A DNA stretch of 64,000 nucleotides from Candidatus Eiseniibacteriota bacterium (GCA_031370785.1 JANMQY010000016.1:1-64000), one strand, 5' to 3'; shown: positions 50,831 to 60,773, numbered from the stretch's first letter. Translations and numbers: made by a program. Notes: generated by a model from the letters alone, not told the origin.

Positions 50831-50885
50831 TCGCTCCGTTCATTCCGCGCTTCGCTGCGCTCATTCTGACCCTTCGCTGCGCTCA
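50831..50885. repeat. Three imperfect tandem repeats (period 21-22 nt) between larB and larC
   Basis: TCGCTCCGTTCATTC / CTTCGCTGCGCTCATTC / CTTCGCTGCGCTCA. Confidence 0.65.
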
Positions 50886-51650
50886 GTGGCGCGAGGCCGC
50901 GGTGTTGATGAGGTGCGCGGCGTACCCCGCGCCGAACCCGTTGTCGATGTTCACCACCGTCACTCCGGCGGCGCACGAATTGAGCATGGCCAGCAGCGGC
51001 GCGAGTCCGGAGAAGTGCGCTCCGTAGCCGACGCTGGTCGGCACCGCGATCAGCGGGCGATCGGTGAGCCCGCCCACCACGCTCGGCAGCGCGCCTTCGA
51101 GACCCGCCACCACCACCAGCACGCGCGCCCCGCGCAGCCGCGCGCCGTGGGCGAGCAGACGATGCAATCCGGCCACGCCCACGTCCGCGATCAGCTCTGC
51201 CCTGCTTCCCATGACCTGGGCGGTGACCAGTGCTTCCTCCGCAACCGGCAGATCGGCGGTTCCCGCACATACGATGAGCACGCGCCCGCGGCCCGCGCCA
51301 TTCGATGCGGCCCGCCCCCGGCGCAGCACGACCGCGCGCGCGCGCTCGTGGCGCTCGGCATTCGGAAACGCCTCGGCGACCGCCGCCATTCCCGCCTCGT
51401 CGACCCGCGTCGCCAGCACCCGCGGGTGGCGACGGTGCAGCCGCGAGAGGATCGTCACCAGCTGGCGCGGGGTCTTGCCCTGACCGAACACCACCTCCGG
51501 AAAACCGGCGCGCAGTCCGCGCTGATGGTCGATCGTCGCGAATTCGAGGCGCTCGAGCGGCGCCTCTCCGATGCGCCGCGCTGCTTCCGACGGAGCAACG
51601 GCGCCGCGCCTCACGCGCGCGAGCAGCCGCATGAGCTCATCCGGTCGCAA
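50883..51650 (-). CDS. larB: Nickel pincer cofactor biosynthesis protein LarB
   Basis: DHQR..GFPEVVFGQGK, AGTADLPVAEEA, DVGVAGLHRL, AGLEGALPSV, PTSVGYG, VNIDNGFGA. Confidence 0.95.
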   Translation of the reverse strand: MRPDELMRLLARVRRGAVAPSEAARRIGEAPLERLEFATIDHQRGLRAGFPEVVFGQGKTPRQLVTILSRLHRRHPRVLATRVDEAGMAAVAEAFPNAERHERARAVVLRRGRAASNGAGRGRVLIVCAGTADLPVAEEALVTAQVMGSRAELIADVGVAGLHRLLAHGARLRGARVLVVVAGLEGALPSVVGGLTDRPLIAVPTSVGYGAHFSGLAPLLAMLNSCAAGVTVVNIDNGFGAGYAAHLINTAASRH

Positions 51651-52686
51651 CCACGCCCCCCATTTCGCCGTGCGTGCGCTCGTCGGGGACGAACGCCTCC
51701 AGACCGCCCAGCTCGAGCTCGACCAGGTACGCGCGCAACAGTTCGACCATCTCGCCGACGCTGCGGGTGCGGTTCACCTGCTCGCGCACCCGCGCGCTAT
51801 TGGGCAGGCCCTTCACGTACCAGGCCACGTGCTTGCGCATCTCGCGCGCCGCCGATGCGTCGCCCACCGCGGCGATCATGAGGTACAGGTGGCGCACTCC
51901 GGCCTCGAGGCGCTCCGAGGCGGTCGGCAGCGGCAGCTGTTCGCCGCGCTCGTAGAACGCACGCAGGCGCTTGAACACCCAGGGATCGCCGAACGCGGCG
52001 CGCCCGAGCATCACCGCGTCGCAACCGGTGGTCTCGAGCATCCGCACCGCATCGTCCGGGCCGCGCACGTCGCCGTTGCCGATCACCGGGATGTTCACGG
52101 CCCGCTTCGCCTCGCCGATCATTTCCCAGTGGGCATCGCCCTCGAACTTCTCGGCGCGGGTGCGCGCGTGAATCGCCACGGCCTGCGCGCCCGCGTCTTC
52201 GAGTGCCTTCGAGACCTCGACCACGTTCTTCGAATTGCCGTCCCAGCCGAGGCGGATCTTGGCAGTGATCGGGATCCGGCTGGCGTCGTTCATGCTGCGG
52301 ACGATCTCGCCGATCAGCGGCACATTGGTGAGCAGCGCCGCGCCGGCGCAGCGGGTCACCACCTTGCGCACCGGGCAGCCCATGTTGATGTCGATGAGAT
52401 CCGGACGCCGATCCTCGGGCAGGTCGTTCAGCACCCGCGCGGCCTCGGCCATGATCGCCGGATCGGAGCCGAACACCTGGATGCCGATCGGGCGCTCGGC
52501 CTGATCGAACGCACAGTAGTCGAGCGTCGCCTGATTGCCGCGGATGAGCCCGTCGGCCGAGACCATCTCGGTGAAGACCATCGAGGCGCCCTGTTCGCGC
52601 GCGAGCATGCGGAACGGCGAGTCGCTCACCCCGGCCAGCGGGGCGAGCATGAACGGAGAATCGTAGGCGACATTCCCGATGCGCAT
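51637..52686 (-). CDS. dusB: tRNA-dihydrouridine synthase B
   Basis: LAPLAGVSD, IDINMGCP, KIRLGWD, IHART, IGNGDV, MRKH. Confidence 0.93.
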   Translation of the reverse strand: MRIGNVAYDSPFMLAPLAGVSDSPFRMLAREQGASMVFTEMVSADGLIRGNQATLDYCAFDQAERPIGIQVFGSDPAIMAEAARVLNDLPEDRRPDLIDINMGCPVRKVVTRCAGAALLTNVPLIGEIVRSMNDASRIPITAKIRLGWDGNSKNVVEVSKALEDAGAQAVAIHARTRAEKFEGDAHWEMIGEAKRAVNIPVIGNGDVRGPDDAVRMLETTGCDAVMLGRAAFGDPWVFKRLRAFYERGEQLPLPTASERLEAGVRHLYLMIAAVGDASAAREMRKHVAWYVKGLPNSARVREQVNRTRSVGEMVELLRAYLVELELGGLEAFVPDERTHGEMGGVVATG

Positions 52687-52693
52687 GATTCCT

Positions 52694-53362
52694 CTAGGAG
52701 CCGGCGGCCGCGTTCGGGCGCGCTGCCCAGGCGGCGACGTCGGCAAAGTCTTCGAACGGGTGCGCGGCCAGTTTCTCTCGCGCGCACCACTCGCGCAGGC
52801 CGGCGCGTGCCAGCACCGTATCTGCGGCGCGCGCGCCACAGCGATCCGAGTAGCCGTCGCCGACCATCACAGTGCGGTAGCCGCGCGCGGCGAAGGCGCG
52901 CACGTGCTGTGCCTTGCAGTTGCCGCACCGGGCGCACGAGGGGGTCGGGTGCGGGAATTCCGGGATCACGCGCCCGGCTTCGAAGCGCAGCCGGTTCGCC
53001 GCGCGCGGCAGCGCTCCCAGGCCCGCGGCCTCGAGCAGCGCGGCGATGTAGAAGTCGAACCCTTCGCTCACCACCATCACCGCATCGCCGCGCGCCTCGG
53101 CCGCGCGCGCGAACGCCGCGAAGTGCGGATCGATGGCGAAGCCTCGCACGAACGCGGCGGCCTCGTTCTCGCTCACCTCGAGTACCGCGCACTCGGCCTC
53201 GGTCAGCTCGCGGTGGCCGAGCTCGCCCGAACGCCAGCGCGGCTCGAGCGAACGGAACACCGCGCCATCATCGGTCGCGAAGCGCCGCGCGAAACGCGCT
53301 CCGACGTCGGAGGGCGCGATGGTCCCGTCGAAGTCGCACAGGTACGCGACCGGGTGGCTCAA
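52694..53362 (-). CDS. MtnX-like HAD-IB family phosphatase
   Basis: CDFDGTI, VVSEG, CxxCGNCK, VGDGYSDRC. Confidence 0.85.
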   Translation of the reverse strand: MSHPVAYLCDFDGTIAPSDVGARFARRFATDDGAVFRSLEPRWRSGELGHRELTEAECAVLEVSENEAAAFVRGFAIDPHFAAFARAAEARGDAVMVVSEGFDFYIAALLEAAGLGALPRAANRLRFEAGRVIPEFPHPTPSCARCGNCKAQHVRAFAARGYRTVMVGDGYSDRCGARAADTVLARAGLREWCAREKLAAHPFEDFADVAAWAARPNAAAGS

Positions 53363-54951
53363 TGGGCCACGGCTCCGGCCGGGGCCGGACGCGCCGCATC
53401 CGGAATGCCCGCGAAAACGTCGCGCGGCAGCCGCGCGTGCCCGAGCGCCGCCAGCGCCCGCTGAACCACCGGGTCGGTCTCGAACGCGATCCGCGCCGCG
53501 GCCGCGTCCCCCGAGAGCCGGCGCGCCAGCTCGCGACGCAGCGCGCGCTCGAGGCGTGGCCGCTCCGCGCGCGCCGCCTCATCGCTCACCGCCACCTTCG
53601 CGGTGCGCGCAAAGCTCAGGAAAGCATTCCAGGTGTCCTCGCCAATCGCGGCGCCGGACTTGAGCCCGGGATGCGTGTTGACCCAGCGATTCGCGAAGCG
53701 GAACGGCAGGCCCTGCCGCTCGAGCAGGAGCGTCAGGGGGGGCAGCGAATCCGGGATCACTTCCATGTCGGGAGTGATTCCGCCGCCGCCGTAGACGAGC
53801 CGTCCCGCCGTGGTGTGGAAGCGCGGGCGCGGCAGCGAATCGCCGCCGGTCGCGCTGGTGTCGGGCGTATCACCCTCCTCGGTGTCGCTCGTCCCTCTGG
53901 TCCTGCGGTGGATCGAGCGCCCGCTCGGAGTGTAGTAGAGCGCGGTGGTCAGCTTGAGCGCCTCCGAGCCTCCCGCGATCGGAAAGACGCGCTGCACCGA
54001 ACCCTTGCCGTACGAGGTCTGACCGATCAGCAGCGCGCGATCCAGGTCCTGAAGCGCGCCGGCGACGATCTCCGAGGCGGACGCGCTGCCACCGTCGATC
54101 AGCACCGCGACCGGCCACTCGAGGTTCGCTCTCGCACCGGCCGCGTAGTAGCGGCTGTCCTGTCCCGCCCCCCGGCCGCGCCGGGACACGATGAGCGCGC
54201 CCCTGGGCAGCAACTGCTCCGAGACGTCCACCGCCTGCTCGAGCACGCCGCCCGGATTCGAGCGCAGGTCCAGCACCAGGCTGGTCGCGCCTTCCGCGGC
54301 GAGCCGGGCAATCGCGGCGCGCACTTCGGCGCCCGAAGTCTCGGAGAAGTTCGAAAGCCGCACGTAGCCGGTTCTGCGCCCGGCCATGAACGCGTACGGA
54401 ACGCTCCGGGTCACGATCTCGCGCCGGGTGAGCGTGTAGTCGTGGCCCTCCTCGTCGCCCTCCGCGCGAACGCTGAGTCTGACCTCGGTACCTGCCGGGC
54501 CGCGCAGCTTGTCCGCGACCTCCTCCAGGTTGAGGCCCGCCGCCGAGGAAGCGTCGATCCTCACGATCGCATCCCCGGCGCGCAGTCCCGCCTCCCACGC
54601 CGGACCGCCCTCGATCGGGGAGATCACGATCGGCCAGTTGTCACGCACGCTGACCGTGATGCCGACACCACCGTAGTGGCCGGTGGTCACGGTGAGAAGC
54701 TGCGCGTAGGCCCGCCGGTCGAGGTACTGCGAAAAGGGATCGAGGTCGGCAATCATGCCACGCAGCGCGCCGTCGATCAGTTTGGCCGGATCCACCGGGT
54801 CGACGTAGTTGTCCTGAACCTTGTGGATCACCTCGACGAACTGATCGAGGTTCGAGTAGAGGTCGCTCGAAGCTCCGCCCCTGCCGACCCACCAGCCCAG
54901 GCCGAACAGCAGCAGGAACAGGCCGCTCACGATGACTCGACGACGGATCAA
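53359..54951 (-). CDS. ctpA: Carboxyl-terminal processing protease (S41A with PDZ)
   Basis: LDPFS, GGVGI, LDLRSNPGG, SASASEIVAGALQD, YGKGSVQ, YYTPSGR. TTG 54951 follows a GGAGG RBS. Confidence 0.92.
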   Translation of the reverse strand: MIRRRVIVSGLFLLLFGLGWWVGRGGASSDLYSNLDQFVEVIHKVQDNYVDPVDPAKLIDGALRGMIADLDPFSQYLDRRAYAQLLTVTTGHYGGVGITVSVRDNWPIVISPIEGGPAWEAGLRAGDAIVRIDASSAAGLNLEEVADKLRGPAGTEVRLSVRAEGDEEGHDYTLTRREIVTRSVPYAFMAGRRTGYVRLSNFSETSGAEVRAAIARLAAEGATSLVLDLRSNPGGVLEQAVDVSEQLLPRGALIVSRRGRGAGQDSRYYAAGARANLEWPVAVLIDGGSASASEIVAGALQDLDRALLIGQTSYGKGSVQRVFPIAGGSEALKLTTALYYTPSGRSIHRRTRGTSDTEEGDTPDTSATGGDSLPRPRFHTTAGRLVYGGGGITPDMEVIPDSLPPLTLLLERQGLPFRFANRWVNTHPGLKSGAAIGEDTWNAFLSFARTAKVAVSDEAARAERPRLERALRRELARRLSGDAAAARIAFETDPVVQRALAALGHARLPRDVFAGIPDAARPAPAGAVAH

Positions 54952-55103
54952 ACGCCCTCCGGAGGGGGAACCGTCAGCGACGGTTCGGCACGCGATCTTC
55001 CGCGCGCGCAGTGGTGGAAAGGGCCGAAAATATAGCACACCGCGGGGCCTCCGGCCGACCGCCCCAGGCGCCCGGCGCGGCGCTCACGGCGGCTCGATGC
55101 AGC

Positions 55104-55736
55104 TCAGCGCCCGAGGCAGCGCAGGCGGTCTTCGACCGCTTCCCGGATGCGCAGCTCGAGCTGGTCGGGATCGAGCGCGGCATCGAGCAGGATCCAGCGT
55201 CGGGGTTCGCTCCTGGCCAGCTCGAGGTAGCGCGCGCGCACGCGCTGGTGAAATCCGGCGGGCTCGCGGTCCAGCCGGTTGGTGTCGCCGGCGGCGCTGC
55301 CGCGCCGCTCGAGCCCGATGCGCGGATCGACATCGAACAGCAGGGTCAGGTCCGGGCGAAGGCCGCCGGTCGCCGCCGCGTTCCATCCGCGCAACATTGC
55401 GTCATCGAGGCCGCGCCCCGCACCCTGATAGGCGAGCGTGGAATCGTCGTAGCGGTCGCACAGCACGACCCGGCCTGCCGCCAGCGCCGGCCGCAGCACG
55501 GTCTCGACCAGATCGGCGCGCGCCGCCTCCATCAGCAGCGCCTCACTGATCCCGTTCGGACTGAGCGCCGGATCGAGCAGCAGCGCGCGCACCCGCTCGG
55601 CGAGCGGCGTGCCGCCCGGCTCGCGGGTCACGAGCGGCTCGGGCCCTCGCGTGGCGAGATGCGCCGCGAGGCGCCGGATCTGGGTGGACTTGCCCGACCC
55701 TTCGCCGCCTTCGAAGGTGACGAACAGCCCGGGCAT
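55104..55736 (-). CDS. tmk: Thymidylate kinase
   Basis: FVTFEGGEGSGKST, TREPGG, CDRY..STLAYQG, PDLT. Confidence 0.95.
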   Translation of the reverse strand: MPGLFVTFEGGEGSGKSTQIRRLAAHLATRGPEPLVTREPGGTPLAERVRALLLDPALSPNGISEALLMEAARADLVETVLRPALAAGRVVLCDRYDDSTLAYQGAGRGLDDAMLRGWNAAATGGLRPDLTLLFDVDPRIGLERRGSAAGDTNRLDREPAGFHQRVRARYLELARSEPRRWILLDAALDPDQLELRIREAVEDRLRCLGR

Positions 55737-55744
55737 GGCGCCAG

Positions 55745-57007
55745 TCAGCGCGCCACGGCCTTGCGCCGCCTCTTCGCGGTGCGCGTCGCGCGAGGCCTGG
55801 GGCGCGCCGCCGCAGCACGCTTCGCGACCGCCTTGCCGCTGGCTTCCCCGTTCATCGACGGGCCGCTCTTCTTCAGAGGCTTGCCCTCGCGTTTGACCGT
55901 CGGCATGTCGTGGTCGCGTAGCCGGCGCTCGACCGCCCTGGGATCCTTGATGAACGCCTCGGTCAGCTCGCGCGCGGTCTCGTCCGGGAACTGGTAGGGC
56001 GGCGACTTCTTGAAGTAGGAGCAGGGCGCGATCAGTGCGCCCTTGAGCCCGTTGTCGAGTCCAAGCTTCGCGCAGCGTACCGCATCGATCACCACCCCCG
56101 CCGAGTTGGGCGAGTCCCATACTTCGAGCTTCATCTCGAGGTTGAGCGGCACGTCGCCGAAGGTCGTGCCCTCCATCCGGATGTGGCACCACTTGCGATC
56201 CTTGAGCCACGGCACGTAGTCGCTGGGGCCGACGTGGATGTCCTCTTCCGGCAGCTCGTAGGGGAGGATGCTGGTGACCGCGGTGGTCTTGCTGATCTTC
56301 TTCGACTCGAGACGCTCGCGCTCGAGCATGTTCATGAAGTCGGTGTTGCCGCCGAAGTTCAGCTGGTAGGTGCAGTCGATGCGCACCCCGCGCTCGACGA
56401 ACAGGCGCGCCAGAACGCGGTGGGTGATGGTCGCGCCCACCTGCGACTTGATGTCATCGCCGATCACCGGCAGGCCGCGCTTCTCGAATCTCTGCTGCCA
56501 GTACTTCTCGCGCGCGATGAAGACCGGGATGCAGTTCACGAACGCACAGCCGGCTTCGAGGATCTGCTCGACGTACCACTTGGTGGCCTCTTCCGATCCG
56601 ACCGGCAGATAGTTCACGACCACGTCGGTGCGCGTGTCGCGCAGCAGCTTCACGATGTCGACGGTCGAGCCGGGCGCCTTCTGGATGATCTTGGACAGAT
56701 ATTTTCCCAGCCCGTCGTGGGTCATGCCGCGCTGAACGGTCACGCCCATCCGCGGGACTTTCGAGAACACCACGGTGTTGTTCGGCCAGGTGACGATCGC
56801 CTCGGAGACATCCTTGCCCACCTTGTTGCGATCGATGTCGATCGCGGCGGAGATCTCGATGTCGCGCACGTGATACCCGCCGAGGTTGACATGCATCAGC
56901 CCCGGTACGCGGTCGGTCTCCTTCGCACTGCGGTAGTAATGCAGGCCCTGCACGAACGACGAAGCGCAGTTGCCCACGCCGATGATCGCGACTCTCACCT
57001 TGCCCAT
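55745..57007 (-). CDS. ino1: Myo-inositol-1-phosphate synthase with a basic C-terminal tail
   Basis: [50 protein letters not shown]. Confidence 0.95.
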   Translation of the reverse strand: MGKVRVAIIGVGNCASSFVQGLHYYRSAKETDRVPGLMHVNLGGYHVRDIEISAAIDIDRNKVGKDVSEAIVTWPNNTVVFSKVPRMGVTVQRGMTHDGLGKYLSKIIQKAPGSTVDIVKLLRDTRTDVVVNYLPVGSEEATKWYVEQILEAGCAFVNCIPVFIAREKYWQQRFEKRGLPVIGDDIKSQVGATITHRVLARLFVERGVRIDCTYQLNFGGNTDFMNMLERERLESKKISKTTAVTSILPYELPEEDIHVGPSDYVPWLKDRKWCHIRMEGTTFGDVPLNLEMKLEVWDSPNSAGVVIDAVRCAKLGLDNGLKGALIAPCSYFKKSPPYQFPDETARELTEAFIKDPRAVERRLRDHDMPTVKREGKPLKKSGPSMNGEASGKAVAKRAAAARPRPRATRTAKRRRKAVAR

Positions 57008-57041
57008 GGGGACGAACCTCCCGAACGGTCGCCGGGACCCC

Positions 57042-57872
57042 TCAACGGGTCCGCGTGATCCGGTAGACGTGCGCCACGCGCTGCGCGGCGGTGATGAACG
57101 AGAACAGGGCCAGCACCAGCAGTGCGCCGGACATGGCCGAGAATGCTTTCAATGCTCCGGCCAGGATCAGCAGCAGCAGTCGCTCCGGCCTTTCGAACCA
57201 TCCGACCTTGCACTCGAGGCCGAGCCCCTCGGCGCGCGCCCGGGTGTACGACACCAGGAACGAGCCGGTGAGGGCGAGCATCGCGGTCATGCCGACCACG
57301 GCCCAGGTCCAGGGCGCCAGTCCCATGGTCGTCTGCTCGACGACGCTCATGGAGTCGAACACCAGCGCGACCAGGTTGCGCAGGCAGAAGCCGAGAATGC
57401 CGAGCAGGACCAGCGCCTCGCTCAGCCGGTCGAGCGTCGAGTCGAAGAACGCGCCGAACCGGGTCTCGCCCCCGGCGGCGCGCGCCAGCTGTCCGTCGAG
57501 GATGTCGCACACTCCGGACAGCGCGAGCAGCAGCGCGCCGAGCCGTGAGTGACCGTCGAAGAACGCGAGCCCGGCGGCCGCGCTCAGGCTGAGTCCGATC
57601 AGGGTGAGGTGATTCGCGCCAATGCCGATCCGGAGCATGACGCGCACCGTCGGATCGAGCGCCGAATGCGCGAACCGTCGCAACGCATCCTTGATGCGCG
57701 AGAGCCTGCCGGAAGGGAGGGCTCCGCGCGGCACGGGATTCCCGCCCGCGCCACGAGCGCTCATGCGTTCGGCACTGCCCGCCGACTCCGCGGACGCGCC
57801 GGGCTCGGACGCCGGATGCTCGGCAGCCGCATGTGCGGAGGCCGCATGCGCGGCCACCGGGGCCTCGCTCAT
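57042..57872 (-). CDS. CDP-alcohol phosphotransferase, phosphatidylinositol-phosphate synthase-like
   Basis: [43 protein letters not shown]; directly upstream of ino1. Confidence 0.85.
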   Translation of the reverse strand: MSEAPVAAHAASAHAAAEHPASEPGASAESAGSAERMSARGAGGNPVPRGALPSGRLSRIKDALRRFAHSALDPTVRVMLRIGIGANHLTLIGLSLSAAAGLAFFDGHSRLGALLLALSGVCDILDGQLARAAGGETRFGAFFDSTLDRLSEALVLLGILGFCLRNLVALVFDSMSVVEQTTMGLAPWTWAVVGMTAMLALTGSFLVSYTRARAEGLGLECKVGWFERPERLLLLILAGALKAFSAMSGALLVLALFSFITAAQRVAHVYRITRTR

Positions 57873-58588
57873 GGCGCTTCCTCCGCCTCTTTTCGAGTTC
57901 TTCCACCCATCACGAGAACCATCTCTCCGCGTCTCCGCGCGGGAACCAGCGCGGCGCGCACTTCGCGCGCGGTGCCCCGCAGGACCTCTTCGAATGCCTT
58001 GGTGAGTTCGCGCGCCAGTGCGATCGGGCGCCCTCCCCACACCGCCTCGAGATCCTCGAGGCAGGCGTCGATCCGGTGCGGCGATTCGAACGCCACCACG
58101 GTTTCGCGCCTTTCCTTCAGCTCCTCCAGTCGCCGGCGTCGCGCCGCGGAACGCACCGGCAGGAAACCCACGAACGTGAATGCATCGGTCGGCAGCCCGC
58201 TGACCTGCAGCGCGGCGATCACCGCGCTCGCGCCGGGCACGCTCTCCACTCTCACACCCGCGGCGAGCGCGGCACGCACCAGAGGGAAGCCCGGGTCGCT
58301 CAAGCCCGGCGAGCCCGCGTCGGTGACCAGCGCCACTGATTCGCCCGACTCGAGTCGGCGCAGGATGCCGGGCACGCGCGCACGCTCATTGTGCTCGAAC
58401 AGCCGGGTCACGCTCGCACGAATGCCGTAGTGGTCGAGCAGCCGTCGGGTATGCGCGGGATGCTCGGCTGCCACCACCGCCACTTCGCCCAGCACGCGCA
58501 ACGCGCGATGGGTGACGTCTTCGAGGTTGCCGATGGGGGTCGCCACCAGATAGAGCGTGCCACCCGGCGCTGGTCGCGCGTCCGTCAA
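57869..58588 (-). CDS. rsmI: 16S rRNA C1402 2'-O-methyltransferase
   Basis: LYLVATPIGNLED, DAGSPGLSDPG, PGASA, FESPHR, RELTKAFEE. Confidence 0.92.
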   Translation of the reverse strand: MTDARPAPGGTLYLVATPIGNLEDVTHRALRVLGEVAVVAAEHPAHTRRLLDHYGIRASVTRLFEHNERARVPGILRRLESGESVALVTDAGSPGLSDPGFPLVRAALAAGVRVESVPGASAVIAALQVSGLPTDAFTFVGFLPVRSAARRRRLEELKERRETVVAFESPHRIDACLEDLEAVWGGRPIALARELTKAFEEVLRGTAREVRAALVPARRRGEMVLVMGGRTRKEAEEAP

Positions 58589-58675
58589 TTCAAGTCCTTC
58601 GGCCCGCGCGGGCCCGCCGTGTCCGCTGTCCGGAGCCGGCGCAAGGTAGCATGGGGACCACGGCCCGTCCACCGC

Positions 58676-59725
58676 TCAGCGGCGCGCGAGACTGACCTCT
58701 CCTGTCACGCTCGAGAACGCCTCGATCGCGCGCGCGATCCCGGCGTCATCCACGTCCAGATGGGTGATGGCGCGCAACCGCCGCCCCCCGAACGCCGTCA
58801 TGCGCACGCCGCGCCCTTCCAGCCCCGCGAGGACCCGGGCCGGGTCGAGCGCCGCGTGCTCCAGCTCGACGATCACGATGTTGGTGTCGGGCTCGATCAC
58901 GCGCACCCCGCTCGCCGCGCGAAATCCGGCAGCGAGGGTACGGGCCCGGGCGTGATCCTCCGCCAGCCGGGCGAGGTGATGGTCGAGCGCGTAGAGGCAG
59001 GCCGCGGCGAGGATGCCGACCTGGCGCATGCCGCCGCCCCACCGCTTGCGTGTGCGGCGTGCGTGCCGCACCAGCGCCGCGCTGCCGGTCAGGATCGAGC
59101 CGATCGGCGCGCCGAGGCCCTTCGAGAAGCACATCATCACGCTGTCGGCGGTCGCGGCCCATTCGCGGATCGGCACGCCGGCCGCGACGCTCGCGTTCCA
59201 CAGTCGCGCGCCGTCCAGATGAACGCGCACGCCACGTGCGCGCGCCGCCTGGGAGAGCGCTTGCAGGCGCTCGAGCGGCACCACCAGGCCCCCGCCGCGA
59301 TTGTGCGTGTTCTCGAGACACACCAGGCGAACGTGCGCGACATGATCGTCTTCCTCGCGCAGCGAGGCCTCGAGCGCCTCGATCGGGATCGCGCCGCGCT
59401 CCCCGGCCACGATGTGGGCGAGCGCTCCCGAGTTCGCGGCGATCCCACCCTGTTCGTAAAGGAAGATGTGCGACTCGGCCTCGAGCAGCACTTCGTCGCC
59501 GCTCGAGACGTGCGCATTGACCGCGAGCTGATTGCCCATGGTGCCGCTTGGCACGAACAGCGCCGCTTCCTTGCCCGCGAGCTCGGCGATGCGCCGCTCG
59601 AGTGCGTGCACCGTCGGATCGTCGCCGTACACGTCGTCGCCGACCTCGGCCTCGAGCATGAAGCGACGCATCCCCGCGGTAGGACGGGTGACGGTGTCGC
59701 TGCGCAGATCGACGGCCGGACTCAT
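58676..59725 (-). CDS. ltaE: Low-specificity L-threonine aldolase
   Basis: DLRSDTVT, GDDVYG, SGTMGN, LENTHN, HLDGARLWN, CFSKGLGAP, GGGMRQ. Confidence 0.93.
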   Translation of the reverse strand: MSPAVDLRSDTVTRPTAGMRRFMLEAEVGDDVYGDDPTVHALERRIAELAGKEAALFVPSGTMGNQLAVNAHVSSGDEVLLEAESHIFLYEQGGIAANSGALAHIVAGERGAIPIEALEASLREEDDHVAHVRLVCLENTHNRGGGLVVPLERLQALSQAARARGVRVHLDGARLWNASVAAGVPIREWAATADSVMMCFSKGLGAPIGSILTGSAALVRHARRTRKRWGGGMRQVGILAAACLYALDHHLARLAEDHARARTLAAGFRAASGVRVIEPDTNIVIVELEHAALDPARVLAGLEGRGVRMTAFGGRRLRAITHLDVDDAGIARAIEAFSSVTGEVSLARR

Positions 59726-60021
59726 CAGGGAGCATCCTCGAGTGGGGAAGGCGTGGCACCGAAGCGCCGCCGCAGTCTACGCGGAACCGGCGACGTCTCC
59801 CAAACCAGGGGCACGGCTGACAGTGGCTTGACAACCACTCCTCGCGCATGGCTTTTCATGCGCGGCACCGCGCCGGCTCTCCCACTTGGGGCCGGCAACA
59901 CTGCGGAACGACGCGAGGGCCCCGCAATTCCGGAATCGGCTCGCGCGTCGTGCATCCAACGAGCGGCGTGTAACCGCCCCGCGGGATGTCCCGCGGAACC
60001 ACCCGAAGGAGTGAAGCCGCA

Positions 60022-60717
60022 ATGCCGTTCCTGTTCAACGATCCGACCATCCTGCTGCTGCTGCCCGCGCTCGCGTTCGCGATGTGGGCGCAGTGGAAGG
60101 TGCAGCACACCTACTCCAAATACTCCGCAGTGCGCGCCGCGAACGGTCTCACCGGCCGCGACATGGCGCGCGCGATCATGGTGCGCAACGGAGTCACCGA
60201 TGTCGCGGTCGAGGAAGTGCCGGGAGTGCTGAGCGATCACTACGACCCGCGCTCGAAGACCGTGCGCCTCTCGCAGCCGATCTTCGAAGGCGATTCGATC
60301 GCATCGATCGCGGTTGCGGCCCATGAAGTGGGACACGTCCTGCAGCACGCGCAGGGCTACGTGCCGCTCAACCTGCGCTCGGCGATCGCCCCGGTCGCGA
60401 GCTTCGGCAGCCTGGCGGCGTTCCCGCTGTTCTTCATCGGGTTCATCTTCCACAACCCGGCGCTCACCTGGCTCATGGACCTGGGGATCCTGTTCTTCAC
60501 CGGCGCGGTCCTGTTCCAGGTCATCACCCTGCCGGTCGAGTTCGACGCCTCGAAGCGTGCGCTGGCCCAGCTCACCGCCAACGGCGCGATCGCGCCCGAA
60601 GAGGTGGCCGCGGCGAAGCAGGTGCTGGACGCGGCGGCGCTCACCTACGTCGCGGCCGCTGCCATGGCGGCGATCCAGCTGCTGCGTCTGGTCGTGCTGC
60701 GCGGCAGCCGCCGCTAG
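60022..60717 (+). CDS. Membrane zinc metallopeptidase (YugP / Zn_peptidase_2)
   Basis: LSDHYDP, AAHEVGHVLQ, TLPVEFDASKRA, AALTYVA. Confidence 0.92.
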   Translation: MPFLFNDPTILLLLPALAFAMWAQWKVQHTYSKYSAVRAANGLTGRDMARAIMVRNGVTDVAVEEVPGVLSDHYDPRSKTVRLSQPIFEGDSIASIAVAAHEVGHVLQHAQGYVPLNLRSAIAPVASFGSLAAFPLFFIGFIFHNPALTWLMDLGILFFTGAVLFQVITLPVEFDASKRALAQLTANGAIAPEEVAAAKQVLDAAALTYVAAAAMAAIQLLRLVVLRGSRR

Positions 60718-60739
60718 ACGCGCCCGCGACTCGAAAGCG

Positions 60740-60773
60740 AATGAGGTGAGCGCTCATCAGCGCTCACCTCATT
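60740..60773. terminator. Perfect 15-bp hairpin between convergent genes (bidirectional terminator or REP-like)
   Basis: AATGAGGTGAGCGCT-CATC-AGCGCTCACCTCATT. Confidence 0.7.

Noticed and set aside
50831..50885. Short repeats as a CRISPR array
   Set aside because: Only three 14-17-nt units with 5-7-nt spacers, and no cas genes.
51571..55035. 1154-aa plus-strand ORF
   Set aside because: Antisense to dusB, the MtnX-like gene and ctpA; no recognisable domain.
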